This document shows, piece by piece, positions 9,027 through 18,499 of a stretch of DNA of 64,000 nt. Numbering within the stretch: the first letter of the stretch is position 1; each line of letters opens with the position of its first letter. The translations under genes were made by a program, and so were the position numbers. The DNA comes from Bacillota bacterium (GTDB lineage: Bacteria > Bacillota > Sulfobacillia > JAMCWA01), in NCBI GenBank assembly GCA_023475165.1, contig JAMCWA010000034.1:31081-95080 (forward strand), given 5' to 3'. The notes under the pieces were generated by a model, which was not told the DNA's origin, ran no database searches, and saw nothing but the letters and a program-made list of their open reading frames with translations.

Positions 9027-11119
9027 TGGCAAGAATCCGGGTGCTGTCCGAGGACACCATTCGTAAGATCGCCGCCGGTGAAGTGGTGGAACGGCCGGCT
9101 TCGGTCGTCAAGGAACTGGTAGAAAACTCCCTGGATGCCGGAGCCAAAAGGGTCTACATCGAGATTGAGGGCGGCGGCAGTGAACTGATCCGGGTAGTGG
9201 ACGACGGGGAGGGGATTCCGGAAGAGCAACTTCCCCTGGCCTTGGAACGTCATGCTACCAGCAAGATTCGCCAGGCGGAGGATCTCTACTGCATCACCAG
9301 CCTGGGTTTCCGAGGAGAAGCGTTGCCCAGCATTGCCGCCGTTTCCTTTCTCGAGATTCTATCGCGTCCCCCTGGTCAGACGGCGGGCACCCGCCTGGCT
9401 TTGGAGGGGGGTAAGCAGATCGCCCTGGAAGAGAGCCCTTCTCCCCAGGGAACCACCATAACCGTCCGTCAGCTTTTCTTCAATACCCCAGCCCGCAAGA
9501 AGTTCCTCAAGACGTCCGCAGCCGAGGCGGCTCAGGTGGCCGATACGGTCTTGAAGCTGGCTGTGGCCCGTCCCGAGGTAGCCTTCCGTTTGGTGCGGGA
9601 TGGCCGACCGGTACTGGCCACAGGCGGGGAAGGGAATCTCCTGGTCACGGTAGCCGATCTTTTCGGGAGCGAACTGGCGCGGGGGCTCATCGCCATCAGG
9701 GGGGAAGAGTCTGATCGTGACCAGGACGTCCGGATGAGGAGAGGCTCGCCTCCTGCCACCAGTCACCCCGGAGCTACGCCGGACCCATCCGAGTCCACCC
9801 CGAGCGAGAGGAGCGGTACTGCTCAAACCAGGCCCGCCAGGACGCCAGCTTCCAATGGAGAACCCTGGTCGCGTCCGCGCCTAAGCGGTCTTCTGGGCCG
9901 ACCCGAGCTGGCCAGAGGTAAGCGGAGCCACCAGTACCTCTTCTTAAATGGGCGGGTCATAAAGAACCCTGGTTTGCGGGCGGTGGTGGAAGAAGCCTAC
10001 GGACGGCTGTTGACTCCGGGGCGCTACCCGATTTTCTTTGTTTACCTGGAAATGGATCCGACCGGTTTCGACGTCAACGTCCATCCGGGCAAGCACGAGG
10101 TCAGGTTTTACCGGGAAAAGGAGATCCGCTCCCTCCTGTATCAGGCTGTGCGGAGTTCTCTGGCCAGGGGCCAGTTGATCCCGGAGATAGGTCTGGCCGA
10201 AGGATACGGACAGCGCCGACCAGGGGACAGCCGGTTGGCCCTGGCGGAGGCGGGTATGGTCTGGCCCGACCGGCTTTTCGAGGCCGCGAGCGCCGGCAAG
10301 TCGTCAGATGCGGGGAAGGATGCATGCACGGGGGAAGTGATCGAATCTAACCCCTCTCTTCGGACCGACAAGAGCGGGAACCCTGGCGCGACCGGAACAG
10401 AGGAGCTCGGGCGTCCCTCGCCAGAGTCGGCCGAGGTCGCCGCGAACGGGGGAGGGAATCAATCTGCCGCTAACGCTTGGTGGTGGCACGATGGCTTTGC
10501 CCAGCTTCGTCTATCTCTGCAGACCGCACCCAGCGAGAGCGGTCTGCCTGAGCTCCGCATCCTGGGACAACTGGGTGCCAGCTATATCCTGGCGGAAGGG
10601 GGGGACGGTCTCTACTTCCTGGACCAACATGCCGTCCACGAACGCATTTTTTACGACTACTTTTTGCGACAAAAGGGCAAAATGGATAACGGGAACCAGG
10701 AATACCTATTTCCCCCTGTTTTTGAGCTGTCCCCCCTGGAGTATTCTTGGTGGGAAGAAGCCCGCGAACAACTAAGGGAGTTGGGGATGGTCACCCGCGA
10801 ATTCGGTGGTACCAGCGTCCTGGTTCAGGCGGCTCCCGCGGAGCTGGAGCAACATCTGGATCGAACCCTTTTTCTGGATCTCTTGACTCGACTCCATGAG
10901 GAGTCGTCTGCGAGCCTTGATCACTGGGGTAGGGCGGTCACGGCCCTGGCCGCCTGCCAGGCCGCCGTCAAGGCCAGGGACAGGCTCTCCCACCCCGAGA
11001 TGGAGCGTCTCGTCTCGGACCTGGCCCAATGTCAGGATCCCTTTCATTGCCCACATGGACGCCCGACTTTTTTAAAGATAACTTATCAAAAACTGGAGCA
11101 GTACTTCCGGCGAAAATAG
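9026..11119 (+). CDS. mutL: DNA mismatch repair protein MutL
   Basis: Classic GHKL N-terminus (IRVLSEDTIRKIAAGEVVERPASVVKELVENSLDAGA) and a C-terminal dimerisation/endonuclease region. The start overlaps the mutS stop. The linker is long and low-complexity. Confidence 0.9.
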   Translation: MARIRVLSEDTIRKIAAGEVVERPASVVKELVENSLDAGAKRVYIEIEGGGSELIRVVDDGEGIPEEQLPLALERHATSKIRQAEDLYCITSLGFRGEALPSIAAVSFLEILSRPPGQTAGTRLALEGGKQIALEESPSPQGTTITVRQLFFNTPARKKFLKTSAAEAAQVADTVLKLAVARPEVAFRLVRDGRPVLATGGEGNLLVTVADLFGSELARGLIAIRGEESDRDQDVRMRRGSPPATSHPGATPDPSESTPSERSGTAQTRPARTPASNGEPWSRPRLSGLLGRPELARGKRSHQYLFLNGRVIKNPGLRAVVEEAYGRLLTPGRYPIFFVYLEMDPTGFDVNVHPGKHEVRFYREKEIRSLLYQAVRSSLARGQLIPEIGLAEGYGQRRPGDSRLALAEAGMVWPDRLFEAASAGKSSDAGKDACTGEVIESNPSLRTDKSGNPGATGTEELGRPSPESAEVAANGGGNQSAANAWWWHDGFAQLRLSLQTAPSESGLPELRILGQLGASYILAEGGDGLYFLDQHAVHERIFYDYFLRQKGKMDNGNQEYLFPPVFELSPLEYSWWEEAREQLRELGMVTREFGGTSVLVQAAPAELEQHLDRTLFLDLLTRLHEESSASLDHWGRAVTALAACQAAVKARDRLSHPEMERLVSDLAQCQDPFHCPHGRPTFLKITYQKLEQYFRRK

Positions 11120-12282
11120 AGGACAACAATTGCGCCCAAGCAGATGGTGTCATTCAGCGGTCTCAAGGGGGTGGTTTTCTGCCCGAGTCAAGTATCGAAG
11201 GTAAGGAGAAAGGCCAAGGCGCCGCCCGCCACCGCCACCGAGGGCCCGAGCAAAGACGCGAGGAAGACCACGCCAGGGGCGGGCCGCTCCTGGTTCTGGC
11301 GGGTCCGACCGCTGTGGGAAAGACTGAACTGAGCATCCGCCTGGCCAAAGAGGTGGGAGGAGAGATCATTAACGCCGACTCCACCCTGGTATACCGCTTC
11401 CTCGATGTCGGTACGGCCAAACCAACCGTGGCGGAAAGGCAGGGTGTTCCGCACCACCTCATTGACATCCTTGACCCCAACCAACCCTTTAGCGTGGCCG
11501 AGTTCTGCGTCCTGGCGAGGCAAGTTATCGTCCAGGTACAAAGCCGGCGCCACTTGCCTATCCTCGTTGGTGGAACAGGGCTTTACTTAAAGGCGCTGGT
11601 AGAAGGGTATGAATTCGCCGAAACGCAGGCCGATATGGGTTTCCGGGACTACCTCCGCCGGTTAGCCCAGGCCCAAGGTCCGGTGGCACTCCACAGCCGC
11701 CTAACCCAGGTGGACCCGGGGAGAGCCGCCAGAATCCATCCCCACGACGTCAAACGGGTCATCCGGGCCCTCGAGATTCATCAGCAATTGCACAGCCCCA
11801 TGAGTCAAGTGGAGGCTGCGCGGGCACCAGGATACGAGGTTCTTTTCCTTGTCCTGACCAGGCCCCGGGAGACCCTCTACCGGCGCATCGATCAGCGGGT
11901 CCTGGGGCAGATTAGGGCGGGACTGGTAGAGGAAGTGGCTCTTCTCTTGTCGCGTGGTTACGACCCACAGCTCTTCCCCTTGCGGAGTCTGGGTTACAAG
12001 GAGATCATTGCCTATCTCAAGGGGCTCTGTAGCCTGGAAGAAGCCATTCGGCTCATCCAGCGCAATACCCGGCGATTGGCCAAACGGCAATTGACCTGGT
12101 TTAAGGGACAGAAGGGAATAACCTGGATTGAGGTCGGAGAAAATACTGAAGAAACTCTAGCAGCGATTACCAGACAGGTGGAAGAAAAGTGGGGCCCTCT
12201 GGAAAGAGGCCTAGCTCACCCCTCAAGCGATCAATTGCTCAGAAAAAAGACTGGCGAGGAAGAGGGATGTCTGGTAAAATAA
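11029..12282 (+). CDS. miaA: tRNA dimethylallyltransferase
   Basis: P-loop (GPTAVGKTELSIRLAKE) and conserved core. The only canonical in-frame starts (ATG 11029, TTG 11047) lie inside mutL and would add a roughly 85-aa low-complexity extension, and a repeat fragment sits at 11124-11167. The true start is probably downstream and non-canonical. Confidence 0.75.
   Translation: MSGSLSLPTWTPDFFKDNLSKTGAVLPAKIEDNNCAQADGVIQRSQGGGFLPESSIEGKEKGQGAARHRHRGPEQRREEDHARGGPLLVLAGPTAVGKTELSIRLAKEVGGEIINADSTLVYRFLDVGTAKPTVAERQGVPHHLIDILDPNQPFSVAEFCVLARQVIVQVQSRRHLPILVGGTGLYLKALVEGYEFAETQADMGFRDYLRRLAQAQGPVALHSRLTQVDPGRAARIHPHDVKRVIRALEIHQQLHSPMSQVEAARAPGYEVLFLVLTRPRETLYRRIDQRVLGQIRAGLVEEVALLLSRGYDPQLFPLRSLGYKEIIAYLKGLCSLEEAIRLIQRNTRRLAKRQLTWFKGQKGITWIEVGENTEETLAAITRQVEEKWGPLERGLAHPSSDQLLRKKTGEEEGCLVK
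11124..11167 (+). repeat. Repeat family, terminal fragment (copy 2)
   Basis: ACAATTGCGCCCAAGCAGATGGTGTCATTCAGCGGTCTC aligns to the boxA end. It lies inside the mutL 3' end and the miaA 5' region. Confidence 0.6.
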
Positions 12283-12333
12283 TCACGCGAGAAATAGTGG
12301 ATATCGGGAAAGTAGCTGGGGGGGCAAAGAAGA

Positions 12334-12579
12334 ATGGTCAAGAATCAGCTTAATCTGCAAGACGGCTTCTTGAATCAGGTCCGCAAGGACAACATGCCTG
12401 TTACCATTTACCTGGTAAATGGATTCCAACTGAAGGGCATTGTCCGGGGATTCGATAGCTTCACCGTTGTTCTGGAAAATGAGGGCAAGCAACTCCTGGT
12501 TTATAAGCATGCCATTTCCACCGTAACCCCCATGCGGCCCATATCCACCAATTTTATGGAGCCAAAGAAAGAAGAATAA
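12334..12579 (+). CDS. hfq: RNA chaperone Hfq
   Basis: Sm-like motifs ([40 protein letters not shown]...YKHAIST). Confidence 0.9.
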   Translation: MVKNQLNLQDGFLNQVRKDNMPVTIYLVNGFQLKGIVRGFDSFTVVLENEGKQLLVYKHAISTVTPMRPISTNFMEPKKEE

Positions 12580-12813
12580 ATGACAAGCGGTCTTGCCTAT
12601 TACCCAGGCCAGGGAAGGCAGTTTTGCCTCTCATCAATTGATTTAGCTTTAGGAAGCGTAGCCAAGGGATGAGCCTGAGCCTGGTTTTCTATGGATTCTT
12701 GGTCTGGAAAGAGGGCCAAGATTTTTTCTTTTTCCGGCAGGATTTTTGTTGGCAGAGAACGAATACTTAGTTAAGAAACTTAATGAAGCCCAAACAGGCC
12801 CGCAAACTACTGG

Positions 12814-12916
12814 GGGACTGCTCGCAAACTGCGGTTTGCGCGGTCATCCCGCCCGGGATACCGTCAGGGCCAGAGCGCTCCAGAATGCCCAGAGGCTATG
12901 GAGGGCCGGTCTCCCG
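12814..12916 (+). repeat. Repeat family, copy 3
   Basis: GGGACTGCTCGCAAACTGCGGTTTGCGCGGTCATCCCGCCCGGGATACCG...GGCCGGTCTCCC, colinear with copy 12. Confidence 0.7.
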
Positions 12917-12950
12917 ACAAAGCCGTTTGGACTTGAGAGGAGGATAGTTC

Positions 12951-15503
12951 TTGGGAGAGGAGAGCAAGGCTTCTTTCCATAACCTGGCTTGGACCGTAAC
13001 CGAGGGAGCCATTTGGGCGGTTGGGCTTCTCTTTTCCCAACCCGGGGAGCAGGTGGTTCTTGCCCAATGTAACCGCTCCGGGGCTCTAGCAGGGCCACCG
13101 AACACTGTTAGACGGGGGGACATGTCACAAGGGGAAGGATCTCTCCAGAACAGCCCAGGCTCCCTGGACGAAGCTCGATTGGCCTGTGGAGGTTGGATCA
13201 ACGTTACCGAAAAACCGGGGGAATATTTCTCGCCGTCCGTCGTCAAAACGGCGGAGAGACTCCACGTCTTTTGGATCGGTCAAGAAGGCGAGGAATACCT
13301 GGTTTATGTTCGTGGGTATGCCACCCGCGAGGAGGCCGGAAGCGAAAGCGGCAGGCCCGTGTCCCTGGGGGCGGTTCACCAAGAAGAGGCTTATCCCTTG
13401 GACGAAGGCATCCCCATCTCTAAGACCAAAGAGAGGGCCTATAACCTGGCAACTTGCCCTGATCAGGGGGGAGGGGTCTGGGCCTTCTGGGAAGCCTGGT
13501 CAGGAGAAGGGGTATCGCTAAAGGGACGCCACTGGGAAAGGGAGACCGGGTGGTCCGAGACTTTCACCATTCCCACGGGTACGGCCCGGGCCTACTGGCC
13601 AACCCTGGTGGCTGCTGACGATCGCCTTTGGGTAGCCTGGATGTCACCCAACGATTCCGCCGACGGCTACGACATCATGCTAGCCTCTTACCAGGATGGG
13701 ACCTGGACCGCGCCCGTACGGGTCAATGAAACCCGAGGTTTTCACCTCTACCCATCCCTGGGACTGGATCAGGCCGGACGAGTCTGGGTTGCCTGGAGCC
13801 ACGACTCCCCAGAGGACTACTACGCTGACCTGACCAGCTCCGTTCCTTACCTGCAAACCCCCTGGGCTCGCCGCAAGCGCAACCTTTGGTTTAAGAAGTT
13901 TCGTGTCGCCCTGCGGGGGACTGATGGTTTCCGCTGGTGGGCCCTTGATTCCGCAGGAGCCGGAGAAGTTCCTGTTTTCGACCACGCCTTTTGGCCTGTT
14001 ATCAGTTTTGACCCCTGGGGTCGAGCAGTGTTGCTGGTCAGAGACTATGAAGCCAAAAGCCAACTCTTCCGCGTCCAGTTGGCCGTCGCAACAGCTAATG
14101 GTTGGCAGGTCGTACCAGTGGGCGGTGGCGGTTCTATCGTCCTCGCACCGGCGCGGGCCGCTTTTATGGGGGATCTTCTCCGTCTGGCCTGGGCCTCCAA
14201 TCCGGACGGCCTTGGGGAGGAGAGCCAGCCTGAATTTCAGGTCCTGCGGATTAGCGACTGGCCAGGTTCGGCCATGCGGCCTGAGGTTATCAGCGGGCAA
14301 CCCGCCAGGCCCAATAGCCAGCCGGTGCAAGAGCGCGCCAGAGAGCCAGAACGGTCAGACGATGAGGCCAACGATCCTCCCTTCTCGCGGGAAGGGGAAG
14401 GTTCAGGAGCGGGCGCCCCTTCTAGCCCGCTCTGGGGTCTTCCGGCCACTTCAAAACCGGGGGAAAGCTCGGCAGTCGCCTCTCGTACCCAGGTGGGTCC
14501 CTGGCGCGTCCTTTTCGGGAACATCCATATTCACACCGAGATTTCCAAGTGCCGGCGGCCCACGAGCCACTCCCTTGACCTGAATTACCGTTGGTGCATG
14601 GACTGTATGGGGCAGGAATTCGCCTCCCTAACAGACCATGCCGAGACCAAGACCGCCTACCAGTGGTGGCTTAACCGCAAAACTGCCCGCTTTTACAATA
14701 CCGACACCTTTGTTACCCTTTTGGGTTACGAATGGACCTTCAATCTGAGGGACCGCCAGGTGCGCCATCACGGGCATGTCAACGTCTATCTCCGTGGCGA
14801 AAGCGAGCAATACTGGGGAGCTAGGGCGGAAGGAAGCAACTCCCTGGAAAAGCTCTGGTCCCTCCTCCCAGCCGGCGAGGCCCTGGCGATTCCCCACCAC
14901 CCGGCGGCCTACCCTTTCCAACGCAATTGGGACTGGCACGATCCGGAACGGGAACCGGTGGTAGAGATCCACCAGGACCGGCGCGGCTCCTTCGAATACC
15001 GGGGTTGCCCCGGCGGGACGGTCCTTTCGGCAGAACAGCTCCTCGATGGCTGTTTCGTTCAGGATGCGCTGGCCAGAGGCCACCGCTTGGGCTTTGTCTC
15101 GGGGGGCGACCATCAAGGGCTTTCCCTAACGGCTGTTCTGGCGGCCGGTTGCAGCCGCGAGGACATCTTTGCGGCCCTGAAGCTACGGCGGTGCTATGCC
15201 ACCACTGGGGGGAGGATCCTTCTTTTCTTTGCGATTGAGGGTGCCCCCATGGGCGCTGAGGTACACTTGGGAGATCATGGCATTGAAGGTCTGGTTCAGG
15301 TGAGGGGGACGGATGTCTTGGAATCCGTGATCATTATCAAGAATAATCAGGACTGGCTGGTTAAGGATTTGAGGAATTTGAGCACATGGGAGGCCAGGGT
15401 ATCTTTTGCTGACGTCGAGGCCCGGCGAGGGGATTTCTATTACGTCCGAGTGGTACAAAGAGACGGAGAGCTGGCCTGGGGGAGTCCCATTTGGATTAAA
15501 TGA
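12951..15503 (+). CDS. Two-domain protein: N-terminal BNR/Asp-box beta-propeller plus C-terminal PHP-domain metal-dependent phosphoesterase (DUF3604-like), paralog 1
   Basis: TTG start with a GAGAGGAGGA SD. Asp-box (SYQDGTWTAP) and repeated W-rich blades, then a P/S-rich linker. The C-terminus has an HxH PHP motif (FGNIHIHTEIS), LTDHAE, HHP and a conserved tail (YYVRVVQRDGELAWGSPIWI). Confidence 0.6.
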   Translation: MGEESKASFHNLAWTVTEGAIWAVGLLFSQPGEQVVLAQCNRSGALAGPPNTVRRGDMSQGEGSLQNSPGSLDEARLACGGWINVTEKPGEYFSPSVVKTAERLHVFWIGQEGEEYLVYVRGYATREEAGSESGRPVSLGAVHQEEAYPLDEGIPISKTKERAYNLATCPDQGGGVWAFWEAWSGEGVSLKGRHWERETGWSETFTIPTGTARAYWPTLVAADDRLWVAWMSPNDSADGYDIMLASYQDGTWTAPVRVNETRGFHLYPSLGLDQAGRVWVAWSHDSPEDYYADLTSSVPYLQTPWARRKRNLWFKKFRVALRGTDGFRWWALDSAGAGEVPVFDHAFWPVISFDPWGRAVLLVRDYEAKSQLFRVQLAVATANGWQVVPVGGGGSIVLAPARAAFMGDLLRLAWASNPDGLGEESQPEFQVLRISDWPGSAMRPEVISGQPARPNSQPVQERAREPERSDDEANDPPFSREGEGSGAGAPSSPLWGLPATSKPGESSAVASRTQVGPWRVLFGNIHIHTEISKCRRPTSHSLDLNYRWCMDCMGQEFASLTDHAETKTAYQWWLNRKTARFYNTDTFVTLLGYEWTFNLRDRQVRHHGHVNVYLRGESEQYWGARAEGSNSLEKLWSLLPAGEALAIPHHPAAYPFQRNWDWHDPEREPVVEIHQDRRGSFEYRGCPGGTVLSAEQLLDGCFVQDALARGHRLGFVSGGDHQGLSLTAVLAAGCSREDIFAALKLRRCYATTGGRILLFFAIEGAPMGAEVHLGDHGIEGLVQVRGTDVLESVIIIKNNQDWLVKDLRNLSTWEARVSFADVEARRGDFYYVRVVQRDGELAWGSPIWIK

Positions 15504-15549
15504 CAGTTGGCATGAGACAGTCCAGCTTCTGCCAGCAGGAGGAGGAGAA

Positions 15550-17430
15550 AAAATGCGGGGAGAAGTAGCCGGGCGGGGTAACGGTACGGCCACCATTCAT
15601 CCTGATGTTCCGGTGCGTGTAAAGGCACGGGGTAGTTGGGTGATTACCTATACGGCTGGGGAAAGGGGGATCGAGGTTGGAGGAAGCGTCCGTTTGGAGA
15701 TCCCCAACGGTTTCAGTATGCCCCAACTCCACTATCCAGAACTGCCGGGTCACACCAGTGCCACCTGTTCTAACCCCAGGGTCAAGCTCCAACTGACCCT
15801 GGACTGGCCAGCGGGGCGTCGGGCGTATGTAACCCGTTGGGGGCGACACGTTTACATCAAGGTCCTGGATGAACGACTGGCCCCGGGCGAGACCATTACC
15901 ATTACTTATGGTAACGTCCACCGCTTTGCCTTTGTCGGGGCCGAAGCGCCGATCCTGGCCGATCTCGTGGAGTTCACCGTGGCGACGGACACCGATGGGC
16001 AGCGCCGGGCCCCCTTTAGCGGCTACTACCTGCTGCCGGAGTCACCTAGGCTTAGGATCATCAATGGATCGGCCAGGACCTTGCGCGTCCTGGTGCCTTC
16101 CCAGGCCGAGGTGGGTAAGCCGGTGGAGGTTTCCGTGGTGGCGGAAGATGAATCCGGCAATGTGGCCACTGACTTTCAGGGCGAGATCAGTTGGTCTTCC
16201 CCCGATGAGACGGCCATCCTCCCGCCAATGACCTCCTTCGTGGGGAACCAGCAGGGCATCCACCGGCCCGAAAAAGGTATCACCTTCCTTACCCCCGGGG
16301 AGAAACGGATTCGGGTGGAGGGGCCCAATGGACTGGTAGGCGAAAGTCCTCCGCTAGAGGTCGGGGATACGGCGCGAGAACTCAAGATCTACTGGGGCGA
16401 CCTGCACGGACATACCGCTCTTTCCGACGGCTTTGGGACTCCAGAAGATTACTACCAGTATGCGCGGGAAGTGGCCGGCCTTGACTTTGCGGCCATTTCC
16501 GATCATGCCCAGTATATGTCTGATGAGGACTGGGAGCACATCAAGGACGTCGGAAGGCGGTTTTACCAGCCCGGCCGCTTCGTCACCATCCTGGGTTACG
16601 AGTTCTCGCACAACCCGGTCAAGCCGCCTTACTACGGCGACAAGTGCGTCTACTACCCGGAGCTGGAGGGACCCCTTCTCCGCGAAACGGATATGTGGCA
16701 CGAAGAGTACGTCGACCTGCCCTCCCTCGGAGAGCAATTTAAGGCCCACGGGGCCTTAATGGTGATTCATGCCCACGCCCATGGGGTTACCAGCTACTAT
16801 GACCCGCACTTGACGCGGCTTTACGAGATTCACTCCATCTGGGGTTCTTCCGAATACCCCGGCAACCCGCGACCGGTACTTTCCTTTCACCGGCAGGACG
16901 CTTCCCAGGACTGTGCTCAAGCCGCTCTGGCCAAGGGTTTTCGGGTGGGTTTTACCGGCTCTTCCGACTGTCACATGGGGCGACCGGGCTACACCCGCTG
17001 GTTGGCAAGGGTCCCGGCCTATAGAAATGGTCTGGTGGCGGTGCTGGCTTCCGCCCTGACTAGAAAGGAGGTCTTCGGTGCGCTGTGGGATCGCCGGTGC
17101 TACGCAACCACAGGCGAGAAGATCCTCCTGGATTTCACCCTCGAGGGACATCAGATGGGCGAGGAGTTGACACTACCGCCGGGTCAGAAGAAGATCAGGG
17201 CACGGGTCAAGGTAACGGGAACGGGTGACCTGGGTCCCCTCACCATCGTCAAAAACGGCCGGGACTTCTACACTTACCAGGGTCTGGGGCCAACGGCGTC
17301 CTTTGAATGGGTGGATCAAGAGATTGGCGGACCATCTTACTATTACTTGCGGGTAACCCAAAAGGATGGTGCTACAGCCTGGTCCAGCCCGATCTGGGTT
17401 GATCAGTCTAGCTTTTCGCAAGATTGCTGA
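15550..17430 (+). CDS. PHP-domain metal-dependent phosphoesterase, DUF3604-like, paralog 2
   Basis: Internal ATG 15550 with a GGAGGAGGAG SD. PHP motif (WGDLHGHTALSDG) and C-terminal tail (YYYLRVTQKDGATAWSSPIWV). The N-terminus is a beta-sandwich-like domain. Confidence 0.6.
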   Translation, partial: KMRGEVAGRGNGTATIHPDVPVRVKARGSWVITYTAGERGIEVGGSVRLEIPNGFSMPQLHYPELPGHTSATCSNPRVKLQLTLDWPAGRRAYVTRWGRHVYIKVLDERLAPGETITITYGNVHRFAFVGAEAPILADLVEFTVATDTDGQRRAPFSGYYLLPESPRLRIINGSARTLRVLVPSQAEVGKPVEVSVVAEDESGNVATDFQGEISWSSPDETAILPPMTSFVGNQQGIHRPEKGITFLTPGEKRIRVEGPNGLVGESPPLEVGDTARELKIYWGDLHGHTALSDGFGTPEDYYQYAREVAGLDFAAISDHAQYMSDEDWEHIKDVGRRFYQPGRFVTILGYEFSHNPVKPPYYGDKCVYYPELEGPLLRETDMWHEEYVDLPSLGEQFKAHGALMVIHAHAHGVTSYYDPHLTRLYEIHSIWGSSEYPGNPRPVLSFHRQDASQDCAQAALAKGFRVGFTGSSDCHMGRPGYTRWLARVPAYRNGLVAVLASALTRKEVFGALWDRRCYATTGEKILLDFTLEGHQMGEELTLPPGQKKIRARVKVTGTGDLGPLTIVKNGRDFYTYQGLGPTASFEWVDQEIGGPSYYYLRVTQKDGATAWSSPIWVDQSSFSQDC

Positions 17431-17506
17431 TCGACTGCGGAAGGAGAGCTCTTGAGTAAGGCTTACCCTCAAGCAGACGATGAAACTAATTCCGACGGAG
17501 GCATCA

Positions 17507-18499
17507 ATGATGAAAGCAATGGAAACGTATCAAAGAAGGTACAGTCAGATCCCCCTCTTTGACCCCACGGCTGGTAAGGTGGTGGTGGGGCCGCCAGGGG
17601 AAGGGTCGGGCAACTGGGCCGGGGCACCCAGCGTGCTCTACGATCAGGGCGCAGGCAAGTTCTACCTTTATTACCGCCTGCGGCGTCCCCGTGGTCAGGG
17701 ACGCGGCTTTGCCTGCCGGGTGGCGGAGTCCACGGACGGCCTACACTTTCAGGACATCTGGGAGGCGCGCAAGGAAGAGCTGAACACCTCCTCCCTGGAA
17801 AGGGGCTGCCTTTATCAGGAGACGGATGGGTCCTGGCGCCTGTATTTGAGCTACGTGGATCCGGCCGACCAACGCTGGCGAGTGGACCTCCTGGAGGCGG
17901 CCTCTCCCAAGGAATTTGACCTTTCACAACGCCATCAGGTCCTCACCGCCGCCGCGTCTGGAGTCGAAGGGGTGAAAGATCCCTATGTCATCAAATTAGG
18001 CGGGCTCTACTATATGTTCTTGAGCTATGCTCCCTCTCCCCGCGAGGCGGATGAAAAGACCAGGAACGATATGCACGCTACCTCCGACGTCTTCAATACT
18101 GGAATAACCACCTCGGAAACCGGTCTGGCCCTCAGTGCCGACGGGAGAAACTTCCGCTGGGTAGGCGGGGTCCTGGCACCCGGTAAGGGCTGGGACCGTT
18201 TCACCGCCCGCATCACCTCGGTTCTCTATCAGCCTCCCATCTTTCACGTTTTTTACGACGGTTCAGCCTCGGTTCAGGATAACTATGAGGAGCAGGTGGG
18301 ACTGGCCATCAGCTTCGACCTGCAAAGCTTCCGCCGCGTGAGCGAGGATGCCCCCTTAGTAGTCTCACCCCATGCCTCGGGGTCCGTCAGGTACCTGGAC
18401 GTCATCGAAGTCAGTGGCCGGCTTTATTACTACTATGAATTTGCCCGTCCCGACGGCAGCCACGACCTGAGAGTCGAGGTGGTTAGACGTGAATCCTGA
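17507..18499 (+). CDS. Glycoside-hydrolase-like five-bladed beta-propeller protein (GH130/GH43-superfamily-like)
   Basis: ATG 17507 with a GGAGG SD. DP/W-rich blades (VKDPYVIKLGGLYYMF; FYDGSA). Family assignment is tentative. Confidence 0.45.
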   Translation: MMKAMETYQRRYSQIPLFDPTAGKVVVGPPGEGSGNWAGAPSVLYDQGAGKFYLYYRLRRPRGQGRGFACRVAESTDGLHFQDIWEARKEELNTSSLERGCLYQETDGSWRLYLSYVDPADQRWRVDLLEAASPKEFDLSQRHQVLTAAASGVEGVKDPYVIKLGGLYYMFLSYAPSPREADEKTRNDMHATSDVFNTGITTSETGLALSADGRNFRWVGGVLAPGKGWDRFTARITSVLYQPPIFHVFYDGSASVQDNYEEQVGLAISFDLQSFRRVSEDAPLVVSPHASGSVRYLDVIEVSGRLYYYYEFARPDGSHDLRVEVVRRES

